Source: a bacterium
GTDB lineage: Bacteria > Patescibacteriota > CPR2_A > CG2-30-33-46
Reading direction: 5' to 3'
Assembly (NCBI GenBank): GCA_037442065.1
Contig: JBBIQZ010000002.1
Location: forward strand, 1 to 54,233
DNA: 54,233 nucleotides
Below, piece by piece: positions 20,422-28,000 of the stretch (position 1 is its first letter; the number at the start of each line of letters is the position of its first letter). The translations under genes were made by a program, and so were the position numbers. The notes beneath the pieces are model-generated. The model had not been told where the DNA came from. It did not search any database and was given only the letters and a program-made list of their open reading frames with translations.

Positions 20422-20577
20422 TTATGTCCTAAAAAGCATTGCAAATGCCCAAATGGCAAAAATGATAGAAAACACACCCAAAAGACCGATAAGACTTACA
20501 ATTCCTCCAGCTATGAGAATGATGCCATCAATAAGCAATAAAATTGCAACTAGCCACCATACCCAACTTTGACTCAT
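20422..20577 (-). CDS. 51-aa two-TM membrane protein (below the ORF-track cut-off)
   Basis: ATG preceded by AAAGGAGGCATT. Hand translation gives MSQSWVWWLVAILLLIDGIILIAGGIVSLIGLLGVFSIIFAIWAFAMLFRT. Confidence 0.6.
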   Translation of the reverse strand: MSQSWVWWLVAILLLIDGIILIAGGIVSLIGLLGVFSIIFAIWAFAMLFRT

Positions 20578-20705
20578 AATGCCTCCTTTAAAAATTTTCA
20601 AATTACAAAATAAAGATAATAAAAAAAATTTCTCAATTCTAATGAGAATTTCACAAAATTTAACCTTAAAATTTTATATTTTATGAGATTTATAAAATTT
20701 AAATT

Positions 20706-20984
20706 TTAAACCTTAAAACCAAAACCTTCTTTGGGCTCTTTTGCCTCGGAGATCTTACCAAATTTTTCCTCGTACTGTTTAATATTATCTTCCAAAGCAT
20801 TTACAATCCTTTTCATATGGCCGGGGCTGGTTATAATCCTAGAGGTTAAAACTCCCTGGGGCGGAAAAATATTCAAAAAATCTAAAACAAATTCTTCTTT
20901 GGAATGGGCAACATACATAACATTGGCATATCTGCCTTTAAGATCTTTATCATCAACTTTTACTTTTAACTCTTGCTGGTCCAT
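20706..20984 (-). CDS. DUF3467-like small protein
   Basis: GRYANVMYVAHSKEEFVLDF..SRIITSPGHMKRIVNALEDNIKQYEEKFG resembles the DUF3467 pattern as I recall it. Confidence 0.6.
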   Translation of the reverse strand: MDQQELKVKVDDKDLKGRYANVMYVAHSKEEFVLDFLNIFPPQGVLTSRIITSPGHMKRIVNALEDNIKQYEEKFGKISEAKEPKEGFGFKV

Positions 20985-22221
20985 AATTTCTCCTTTCTTT
21001 AATAAAATTGATTTTTCGCAAAATTGAATTTTGAGGATACATCTTTTTAAATTTGATAAAAATATACTCTTTTTGCGGTAGCGGATTACCGACTTCTATT
21101 TCCTCACCATCTTTGTTTAAAATCTCTAAAACTTTATCATGATAAATTCTGCCTGGGGTTAATATTTCTAAGATATCACCTTTTTTAATCTGATTTCTAC
21201 AAATAATCTTGGAAAATTCTTTGAATTGGCTTTCAATAATGCCTAAAAATTTATATTTTTCTATAGGCCTCCTGTTTGGATAAATTTCTCCTTTTTTAGC
21301 CTTGCCAAAAAGAAATCCCGTTGTATAGTCCCTGTGAGCTATTTTTTCTGTTTCTTCTAATAATTCAGGTAAAAATTTTTTAAAATTATTATTTTGATAG
21401 TAATCAATTGCCTTTCTGTAAGCGCGGGCAATGACCGATAAATAATATTCACTTTTATTTCGACCTTCTACTTTTAAACCGGTAACTCCCGCCTTAATTA
21501 CATCCGGAATGTATTCTAAAAGTCTTAAATCCTTGGAATTAAAGATATAAGTTCCTTTACTATCTTCTTTGGCAGTTAAAAATTCCCCGGGACGCAATTC
21601 TTCCTCTAAATAGGCTTTATACCTCCAACGGCAAGGCTGAGCGCAGTCCCCTTGGTTTGCTTCTCTGCCGGTAAAAAATGCCGAAAGCAAGCATCTTCCC
21701 GAATAAGAAATACACATTGCACCATGAACAAAAATTTCCAGTTCAATATCAGGAACCTTCTTTTTGATTTCTTTTATTTCTTTAAGGGTTAACTCGCGAG
21801 CTAAAATTATTCTTTTAACCCCTAAATCTTTCCAAAATTTAACTGCCTGCCAGTTTAAGGTATTGGCTTGGGTTGATAAATGAATCGGGACTTTAGAAGC
21901 TTCTTTAATTAATCTAACTATCCCTGGATCGGCAACAATAAAAGCGTCCGGTTTTGCTTTAGAAATCTTTCTAATGTCTTCTTTGATGGTTTGAAAGTTA
22001 AAATTACGGGCAAAGATATTAAAAGTAACATAAAACTTCTTGGCTAGTAAATGGGCCAATTTTATTGCCTTAGCTAAGCTTTGATGAGTAAAGTTAACTT
22101 CAGCTTTCCTTAAAGAATACTTACCAAGCCCACCATAACAGCAATCAGCGCCATATAAAAAGGCAAATTGGGCTTTTTTAAAATCTCCTGCTGGCAAAAT
22201 TAATTCAGGTTTGCTTCTCAT
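20953..22221 (-). CDS. peptidase U32 family protein
   Basis: N-terminal PELILPAG..ADCCYGG, central FVHGAMCISYSGRCLLS and CAQPCRW Cys cluster are typical of U32. Confidence 0.88.
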   Translation of the reverse strand: MRSKPELILPAGDFKKAQFAFLYGADCCYGGLGKYSLRKAEVNFTHQSLAKAIKLAHLLAKKFYVTFNIFARNFNFQTIKEDIRKISKAKPDAFIVADPGIVRLIKEASKVPIHLSTQANTLNWQAVKFWKDLGVKRIILARELTLKEIKEIKKKVPDIELEIFVHGAMCISYSGRCLLSAFFTGREANQGDCAQPCRWRYKAYLEEELRPGEFLTAKEDSKGTYIFNSKDLRLLEYIPDVIKAGVTGLKVEGRNKSEYYLSVIARAYRKAIDYYQNNNFKKFLPELLEETEKIAHRDYTTGFLFGKAKKGEIYPNRRPIEKYKFLGIIESQFKEFSKIICRNQIKKGDILEILTPGRIYHDKVLEILNKDGEEIEVGNPLPQKEYIFIKFKKMYPQNSILRKINFIKERRNYGPARVKSKS

Positions 22222-22448
22222 TAATTTATTTTAACATTTTTTCCTTACTTATCTCAAAAGTGCTATAGTAATAGTTAAAAACACAACAAAGCAGGTAAAA
22301 ATTTCATAAAATATATAAAGATAAAATAAGTTTTTCTTTCCCTTTATTTTTGATGGATAAAAAAAGTATTAGAAAAAATTTCGACTATGATGGCCGAAAA
22401 TCAAAGAGTCTCTCCTGGGATTTATGGTTAGCCCTTTTTTAAAATATG

Positions 22449-22991
22449 TCAAAAGGTCTTTTTAATAGCTAATTTTTCAAGTCTTTCGTTGGCTAAATTA
22501 AAATGGTCGGTTTCTATTTGAATTAAAGCGGCAAAAACCGTCTTTATTCGCGGCTCGGGCGCTCCTTTTACGATTTCTTTGTAAAAATTTATAGCCCGGT
22601 CTTCACGCAAGCGGGTTTCTTCTAAATCTTTTTTAATATCGGACAAGCAATCTGCGTTGGTTTCTTCTTTTTTATCTTGCCCTAAAAGTTTTCTTATAAC
22701 CGAAGCGTGCTCTCTTTCTACTTTGCTTAAAAATTTAAACATTCCGGAAATTTCCGGGTCATTTACAGTTTGAGAAATACAACGATAAAAAGCAGTGTTA
22801 TCGATTTCTAGTTTTAACGATTCTTCTAAATAACCTTTTGTTTTTTCGGAGAGACTGATACCGATGTTTTTCTCGCTCCATTCAGCTGCATCAATTAAAA
22901 AGTTTTGATGTGCTCCGCAAAAAGGACAATGACTAGGTTTGGCCAAACCAATATAAGCTTCCCCACAAATTTCACAACGATATATTTTCAT
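22449..22991 (-). CDS. rubrerythrin-like di-iron protein with an N-terminal rubredoxin-type zinc ribbon
   Basis: CEICG..CPFCG ribbon followed by a ferritin-like four-helix region with two ExxH motifs (EREH, ETDH). Confidence 0.75.
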   Translation of the reverse strand: MKIYRCEICGEAYIGLAKPSHCPFCGAHQNFLIDAAEWSEKNIGISLSEKTKGYLEESLKLEIDNTAFYRCISQTVNDPEISGMFKFLSKVEREHASVIRKLLGQDKKEETNADCLSDIKKDLEETRLREDRAINFYKEIVKGAPEPRIKTVFAALIQIETDHFNLANERLEKLAIKKTF

Positions 22992-23007
22992 TTTAATAAG
23001 TTATCCC

Positions 23008-23229
23008 TTACCCCCGGAATTTTTCCACACTTTCTAACGAAAGAAAAATGGCAAAAACCCAGAACAATAAGTTGTCAGAAGTAGCTGTTTTGTCTAAAAC
23101 GTATCCGGCGCTTGTGTAGCTGTATTGGAAAATATCAAAAGGTAACCCCCAAATCTTGTACCAGAAAATAATAATAAGGATTACTGCCGAAATAATGGCC
23201 AGAGCAAATCTAATTAAATGATCTTTCAT
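23008..23229 (-). CDS. small membrane protein, unknown function
   Basis: Two hydrophobic helices, directly upstream of and co-oriented with the rubrerythrin-like gene. Confidence 0.45.
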   Translation of the reverse strand: MKDHLIRFALAIISAVILIIIFWYKIWGLPFDIFQYSYTSAGYVLDKTATSDNLLFWVFAIFLSLESVEKFRG

Positions 23230-23295
23230 ATAAATCCTTTTTATCTTTTTAAATTATACCACTAAACAGCTAAAAAGGCTAAATTTATCTTGCGG

Positions 23296-23820
23296 TTATT
23301 TTTCTTTTTCCTTGAATTCTCCAGGTTCCACAGCTAAATCTTCATTTAGCTCAACATCTTTTTGATTTGGAAGCCAGTGAGAAGTGATAAGTCCCAAGAT
23401 TACAATAAAGGTTGTGTAAAAAAGGGCTTCTTTATTAGCTTTGGTAATTGATTGATGACTAATTGTAACAATTTCATCTTTTATTTTAGGAGGAAGATTG
23501 CCAGAAACTTTTGCTCCGCCGCCAAACTCAACATTAGAAGTCTCTTTGGCAATATTTTCGCTTATTTTTGGTTTTAAAGTAGAAGGAATTACTTTGCTAT
23601 CGTTTATACCGCTTGAAATATTAGAGGAAATTGCCGAGAGTAAAACCGCCCCGATAATCGCTGTACCTAAAGTTGTACCAATTTGCCTTAAAGTATTGTT
23701 AACACCCGAGGCCTCGCCAGCTTCTTGAACCGACACCGCCGAAAGAGTAATATTGTTAATTTGCGTTATATTTTTTGTTAAAAATTCTTGGACTTCTTTG
23801 ATTGTTTCTCTATTAAACAT
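23296..23820 (-). pseudogene. C-terminal remnant of a DHA2/EmrB-type MFS transporter
   Basis: EAGEASGVNNTLRQIGTTLGTAIIGAVL and a final TM helix match only the last helices of 14-TM MFS exporters. The ~300 N-terminal residues are absent. Confidence 0.55.
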
Positions 23821-23977
23821 TTTTACTATTTTTAAGCTTTTTCTTTTTCATATCTTCTTGCCATTGCTCAAAAATAATTTCTACAAAAGTTTGCATAGCA
23901 TCTCTAATTTCCGCTACTTGCTTATCGGATAATTTTGGATCATTCAGTATTTCTTTTGCTCGTTGGATGCTTATCAT
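23813..23977 (-). CDS. possible 54-aa ORF, unknown function
   Basis: The ATG follows GGGAGGA (short spacing). The stop overlaps the next ATG as ATGTTTAA. No recognisable motif. Confidence 0.3.
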   Translation of the reverse strand: MISIQRAKEILNDPKLSDKQVAEIRDAMQTFVEIIFEQWQEDMKKKKLKNSKNV

Positions 23978-23983
23978 TCCTCC

Positions 23984-24604
23984 CTATAAAAGTTTAAAGG
24001 TTTCTAAAATTTCTTTTTCGGTTTTTGATAGTTCGGCATCACCGTAAAAAACTATTTCATAAAAAGTTTTATCCTTCTGCATAACATAAACAATGAAAGG
24101 CGCTCCACATCCAGGGCCATCGCAATATCCTCCGGGAGCTTTGAATACCGCAAACTTATAATTATTTATAGTTTCGTATGAATCTCTTTCAAAATCTAAA
24201 TAATAAAAATCATCAAGTTTTGTAACACTGCCATTTTTGCTCTCCGCTTCGCCTAATCTTACCTCAAAACTATTTTTATCATCAAGTTCAAAATCTACTA
24301 AATGGTTTGGGTCTTCGTTCATATAAAAACTAATAGTTGCATCAACTGGTGTTTCTAGCTCAAAACCAAAATCAGTATTCTTATAATTTTTCCAACCGTC
24401 TTTCGAGTTTATATTGGCAAATACTTCAGTGCTTTTCTCCTTTTTTGTTTTAAAGTCTTGAATTTGAGATTCTAGCTCGCTGATTTTATTGTCATAACCA
24501 TTCCTCAATCTACTTTGTTGATCAAGCAAATACCAGCTACCAATTATGGCGCTGATAATTATAACCGTGACTGTTATTGCAATAAGTATTTTTTTCTTTT
24601 TCAT
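23984..24604 (-). CDS. signal-anchored/secreted hypothetical protein
   Basis: N-terminal KKKK plus a hydrophobic helix, with no recognisable domain. Confidence 0.55.
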   Translation of the reverse strand: MKKKKILIAITVTVIIISAIIGSWYLLDQQSRLRNGYDNKISELESQIQDFKTKKEKSTEVFANINSKDGWKNYKNTDFGFELETPVDATISFYMNEDPNHLVDFELDDKNSFEVRLGEAESKNGSVTKLDDFYYLDFERDSYETINNYKFAVFKAPGGYCDGPGCGAPFIVYVMQKDKTFYEIVFYGDAELSKTEKEILETFKLL

Positions 24605-24608
24605 ATAA

Positions 24609-24851
24609 TCAAATATTTATATCTTCTGTATCTGGGGCTTCTTCATCACCCTCTTCAATATCAATTTCTTTCTTTACTTTTTCAAATTCATTCTCAAGCC
24701 TTGAAAGTTCTTTCCGGCTTTCTTTGATAAGAGCCGCACCTTCTTTAACTCTTGTAAGTCCAGCTTCTACATCTGCCTCTTCTTGGTTATCAAACCAATC
24801 AACAATTTCTTTTAGCTTTTTTAATTTACTTTTTAAGTCATTTTGAGCCAT
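24609..24851 (-). CDS. xseB: exodeoxyribonuclease VII small subunit
   Basis: LKKLKEIV..EAGLTRVKEGAALIKESRKEL helical hairpin pattern; adjacent to xseA. Confidence 0.85.
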   Translation of the reverse strand: MAQNDLKSKLKKLKEIVDWFDNQEEADVEAGLTRVKEGAALIKESRKELSRLENEFEKVKKEIDIEEGDEEAPDTEDINI

Positions 24852-24854
24852 ATT

Positions 24855-25469
24855 TTACCTCTTATTCTTATTTATATTTTTTACTTCTGAACTTATTTTA
24901 CCATCAGAGACTCGGATGTTAACCTCTTCTCCAATATTTACTTGTTGAATGTTTTTAATTACTTTCCCTCCGACTGAAGCAATACTGTAACCGAGACTCA
25001 ACTGACGCATAGGATTATGAATCCTTAATCTTCTATCAACATCATCTAAAGAATTATTGCCCTGTTTCAACTGATCCTCAAAGCCTTCAACAAGTTGCGA
25101 AGAATAAGCTTCTATCTCTTTTTTGACTTGATCAAAATTTTGACTGAAGCCTTTGATAAGCAATATAGAATAATCGCTTAATGTCTTACTCATATTCTTA
25201 ATAGAATAACCACTTCCCACTAAGGCATTTTTGATCTTATTTTTTAACTCGTTAAAACTTCTAAATATATTAGCAAATCGTTTTTCTATTTTTCTTGATA
25301 GATCATCAAGTTGGTAATTAGTATCATTCAGCATTTCTTGATAATTAAATATTAAATCTTTTTTGGCGCCGGCAATATTATGAATAATTTTAACCCAAGA
25401 CTCATTCAGAATTGTTGTAACTGCGGTAGGGGTTGAAACTGCTTTATCTGCTACCAAAGACCGAGCCAA
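24855..25469 (-). pseudogene. xseA: exodeoxyribonuclease VII large subunit, 5'-truncated (C-terminal ~200 aa only)
   Basis: Begins at the VADKAVSTPTAV segment (the D..AD.RA.TPTAAAE region lies mid-protein in XseA). It continues through the coiled coil to the C-terminal LSLGYSIA..G..I. The OB-fold and catalytic N-terminal half are missing. Confidence 0.7.
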
Positions 25470-25665
25470 AAAGTGGTTAGAACTTACTGAAAAAACCTTT
25501 ATTTTTGCCCGTTACGCACGATATTGGTTTAAAAATGGCACAATACAGCAAAAACGAGAAATTGCCCAAACAATAGGTTTGAACTTCCTTTTAAAAGACA
25601 AAAATCTCTATTTTTCAATTCAAAAGCCGTTCCACATTATTGCAGAATGGCAAAATTTTCTACAT
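25470..25665 (+). pseudogene. relic of a serine-recombinase C-terminus abutting tRNA-Trp
   Basis: Hand translation KWLELTEKTFIFARYARYWFKNGTIQQKREIAQTIGLNFLLKDKNLYFSIQKPFHIIAEW aligns with RWLELCRNFILTANQ..KKNFLKRIGSNPLLLERRVFVEYKNPWKLLE of the ORF at 3..971. It has no upstream catalytic part. Confidence 0.6.
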
Positions 25666-25739
25666 TGGCAGGGGTGGAGAGAATCGAACTCCCGACTAAG
25701 GTTTTGGAGACCCTCGTTATACCACTTAACTACACCCCC
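25666..25739 (-). tRNA. tRNA-Trp (anticodon CCA), CCA end encoded
   Basis: Acceptor GGGGGTG/CACCCCT, anticodon stem AGGGT/ACCTT with loop CTCCAAA, T loop TTCGATT. Confidence 0.9.
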
Positions 25740-25811
25740 GGATATAAAAAATAAATTTAGGAGAATCTAAATTCATTTTAGCTCATTAAAAGAATTTTTG
25801 GTATAAATTTG

Positions 25812-25973
25812 TTATTTACTCTCTTTGTGAGGAGTATGCTTTCGGCAGCGCTTACAAAATTTCTTCAACTCTAACCTGTCTTTTTGAGTTTTACTGTTTT
25901 TAGTTGTAGAGTAATTTCGCTCGTGACAAACACTGCATTCTAAAGCAATTACTGGTCTTGTATCTTTTGCCAT
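25812..25973 (-). CDS. rpmG: 50S ribosomal protein L33 (below the ORF-track cut-off)
   Basis: Hand translation [53 protein letters not shown] shows the CxxC..CxxC L33 pattern. Confidence 0.9.
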   Translation of the reverse strand: MAKDTRPVIALECSVCHERNYSTTKNSKTQKDRLELKKFCKRCRKHTPHKESK

Positions 25974-26013
25974 TTATAAATCCTAAAGTTATTATTTTAA
26001 TTTTAAATTTGTT

Positions 26014-26412
26014 TTAAAGCAACATGCGCCAAGGAGCGGTTACTGCTCCTAAAACTAAAGCCAAAAAAAGCGCTTCTTTAGCTTTAAGTTTTAAAATTCT
26101 GGTCCCCAAGTAAAAATACATATACATTAAAAAAAGTGTTGGAACCAAAACAATGCCTAGTTTTCCCGCCCCTCCGATTTTCGACCAAATATCAGAAGAA
26201 ATAGGCATATCTTGCATACTATACTCAAAAAATCGGTTTATTGCAAGACTCATAAGCGAACCGATCACAAGAAACAAATAAAATTTCTTGGTAAATAAAA
26301 GTTCGTTTTGACGAAGAATTTTTAAGATTACAAAGAAAATATAAAAAGACCAAACAAAGTCAGCAATTGCCAAAATACTAAAATGCAAAATATAAAAATT
26401 TATAGATTCCAT
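26014..26412 (-). CDS. integral membrane protein, unknown function
   Basis: Four predicted hydrophobic helices. The start abuts the NUDIX gene stop. Confidence 0.5.
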   Translation of the reverse strand: MESINFYILHFSILAIADFVWSFYIFFVILKILRQNELLFTKKFYLFLVIGSLMSLAINRFFEYSMQDMPISSDIWSKIGGAGKLGIVLVPTLFLMYMYFYLGTRILKLKAKEALFLALVLGAVTAPWRMLL

Positions 26413-26829
26413 TTAAATTCCCTGCGTTAATTTGTTGTTCAGTAATTTTAAAACTTCCTTATTGGAATCCCAATATAACAATTCATAAGCTGTTTCAAAA
26501 TTAACCCAGCAATAGTTTTGGTGCTCATAACTAATCTTTATTTCTTCGGTTTGAGGAGAGACACCGAAACCGAAACATGCTTCTTTAAATTCTCCGTGTT
26601 TATTTTTGAATTGAAAACAATATTCTAAATCAATTATTTTTATGAAGTCTTTTAGCCCCGTCTCTTCTTCTATCTCACGTTTGGCAGTTTCTATTGCCTC
26701 TTCTCCTTTTTCGGCCTTACCCGTCACCGGCTGCCAAATCCCATCGTGTTCATTATTTCTTTTAAGCAGCAAAAACTCATACCCCCGCATTGTCTTTTTA
26801 AAAATGTATGCTTCTATTTTATCACGCAT
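26413..26829 (-). CDS. NUDIX hydrolase
   Basis: Nudix box GKAEKGEEAIETAKREIEEETGL. The start is moved to MRDKIEAY because the tracked N-terminal extension runs through tRNA-Thr. Confidence 0.85.
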   Translation of the reverse strand: MRDKIEAYIFKKTMRGYEFLLLKRNNEHDGIWQPVTGKAEKGEEAIETAKREIEEETGLKDFIKIIDLEYCFQFKNKHGEFKEACFGFGVSPQTEEIKISYEHQNYCWVNFETAYELLYWDSNKEVLKLLNNKLTQGI

Positions 26830-26847
26830 TATTATCCAACTTTTAAG

Positions 26848-26922
<75 letters not shown>

Positions 26923-26942
26923 TCTGGGTTAATTTTTCTTAT

Positions 26943-27233
26943 CTATTTTTCCAAAATCCTTTTGCCTAAAGAGAAATATTTTCTTCCAAATGTAAAGTAA
27001 GAGACTATTAGAATGATATAAATAATACCTAAATCTTCTATAATTTGTGACTTTTCCTCAAGAGCCGAAGTAGCAATACCTCTTTCTAAAAGGACGGTTG
27101 GCGAAAGATCGAAGATTCTTAAGATTAATAAATTAAAAATACTGACAATAAAAAAAGCTGCCACTAAGTCAATAACAGTTTCTAAAAAATTAACATTTGC
27201 TGTTTTCTTTTTTAAATTATTAGCCTTTTTCAT
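26943..27233 (-). CDS. small membrane protein, unknown function
   Basis: Two hydrophobic helices. It lies between tRNA genes. Confidence 0.4.
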   Translation of the reverse strand: MKKANNLKKKTANVNFLETVIDLVAAFFIVSIFNLLILRIFDLSPTVLLERGIATSALEEKSQIIEDLGIIYIILIVSYFTFGRKYFSLGKRILEK

Positions 27234-27346
27234 ATTTTCCTCTTTTAATCTGTCTAAATTATAACTGAATTGAATAATTTATAATAGCCAGGCCTGTGAA
27301 TCGTTAGAAGACTTTGTCTGCCTTTAATAACTTTTGATTTATTCAA

Positions 27347-27415
27347 TGGTGGGCAGGGAGAGATTCTCACCACATTCACGAATGCATTAAGGTGCCGGGG
27401 GTTCTCACCCTCCCC
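27347..27415 (-). pseudogene. 69-nt tRNA-Tyr-derived mini tRNA-like remnant ending in CCA
   Basis: Sense GGGGAGG..GAATCTCTCCCTGCCCACCA. The last ~20 nt match the tRNA-Tyr 3' end, and the 5' GGGGAGG can pair 6/7 with CCTGCCC. The internal arms are replaced by short hairpins, so there is no valid cloverleaf. Confidence 0.45.
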
Positions 27416-27458
27416 ATATTAATTAAAATCAAAGTTGGCTTGCCAAACAAAATTTGCA

Positions 27459-27493
27459 GTCCAACTCCGCTAAAGCTTCGCTGGACACACTTC
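27459..27493 (-). repeat. tRNA-trailer repeat, module B copy 1
   Basis: Plus strand GTCCAACTCCGCTAAAGCTTCGCTGGACACACTTC is near-identical to 52609..52650. It folds as a GUCCAGC..GUUGGAC hairpin. Confidence 0.7.
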
Positions 27494-27533
27494 TAATTTA
27501 TTTCAATTCTCAACTTTGCTTTTTTTAATTATT

Positions 27534-27575
27534 TGGCTTGCCACGCATAGCTCTGATATTAATCAGAGCGAAGTG
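27534..27575 (-). repeat. tRNA-trailer repeat, module A copy 2
   Basis: Sense CACTTCGCTCTGAT-TAAT-ATCAGAGCTATGCGTGG-CAAGCCA, immediately 3' of tRNA-Tyr. Confidence 0.7.
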
Positions 27576-27661
27576 TGGTGGGCAGGGAGGGATTCGAACC
27601 CCCGAAGGCGTAAGCCAGCAGATTTACAGTCTGCCCCGTTTGGCCGCTTCGGTACCTGCCC
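27576..27661 (-). tRNA. tRNA-Tyr (anticodon GTA), long variable arm, CCA encoded
   Basis: Acceptor GGGCAGG/CCTGCCC, anticodon stem GCAGA/TCTGC with loop CTGTAAA, T arm GGGGG-TTCGAAT-CCCTC. Confidence 0.92.
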
Positions 27662-27690
27662 AATATTTAACATTATAACCTAAAAATTTT

Positions 27691-27763
27691 TAAGCTAGCA
27701 GATTTACAATTATGCGCCGGTTTGGCCCCTGCCTACCGGCAGGCAGGGCTTCGGTACCTGCCC
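27691..27763 (-). pseudogene. partial tRNA-Tyr copy (acceptor 5' arm to start of variable arm) with a 20-nt palindromic insertion
   Basis: Sense GGGCAGGTACCGAAGC[CCTGCCTGCCGGTAGGCAGG]GGCCAAACCGG..TTGTAAATCTGCTAGCTTA compared with the intact gene 28 nt downstream. There is no T arm or 3' acceptor. Confidence 0.6.
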
Positions 27764-27843
27764 ATTTCGCTTCGCTCAATGTAAACTTCTTGATAAGCTC
27801 CTTAGATTAGCTTGCACTGAGTTCCAATTTATTGGAAACTAAG

Positions 27844-27918
27844 TGGAGCCGGCGGAGGGATTTGAACCCACGACCAATAGTTTACAAAACTACTGCTCTA
27901 CCACTGAGCTACGCCGGC
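27844..27918 (-). tRNA. tRNA-Thr (anticodon TGT), CCA encoded
   Basis: Acceptor GCCGGCG/CGCCGGC, anticodon stem GTAGT/ACTAT with loop TTTGTAA, T loop TTCAAAT (one U-U in the T stem). Confidence 0.85.
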
Positions 27919-28000
27919 GCTTAATTTAGCTATAAAAACAGCGGAAACTATAATATTATAGCAATTTGAGCTTTTTTCATCAATCAGTTTAACTTTAATA

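Noticed and set aside
22345-22425. 26-codon plus-strand ORF in the U32 / rubrerythrin intergenic region.
   Set aside because: It has no convincing ribosome-binding site, no motif and is very short.
25579-25770. 63-aa plus-strand ORF.
   Set aside because: It is a composite of the recombinase relic tail and the antisense of tRNA-Trp, so it is not an independent gene.
27347-27415. tmRNA, suggested by the GGGG 5' end and the ..CCACCA 3' end.
   Set aside because: It is only 69 nt, with no tag reading frame, pseudoknots or valid T arm. Its 3' end is a copy of the tRNA-Tyr end.
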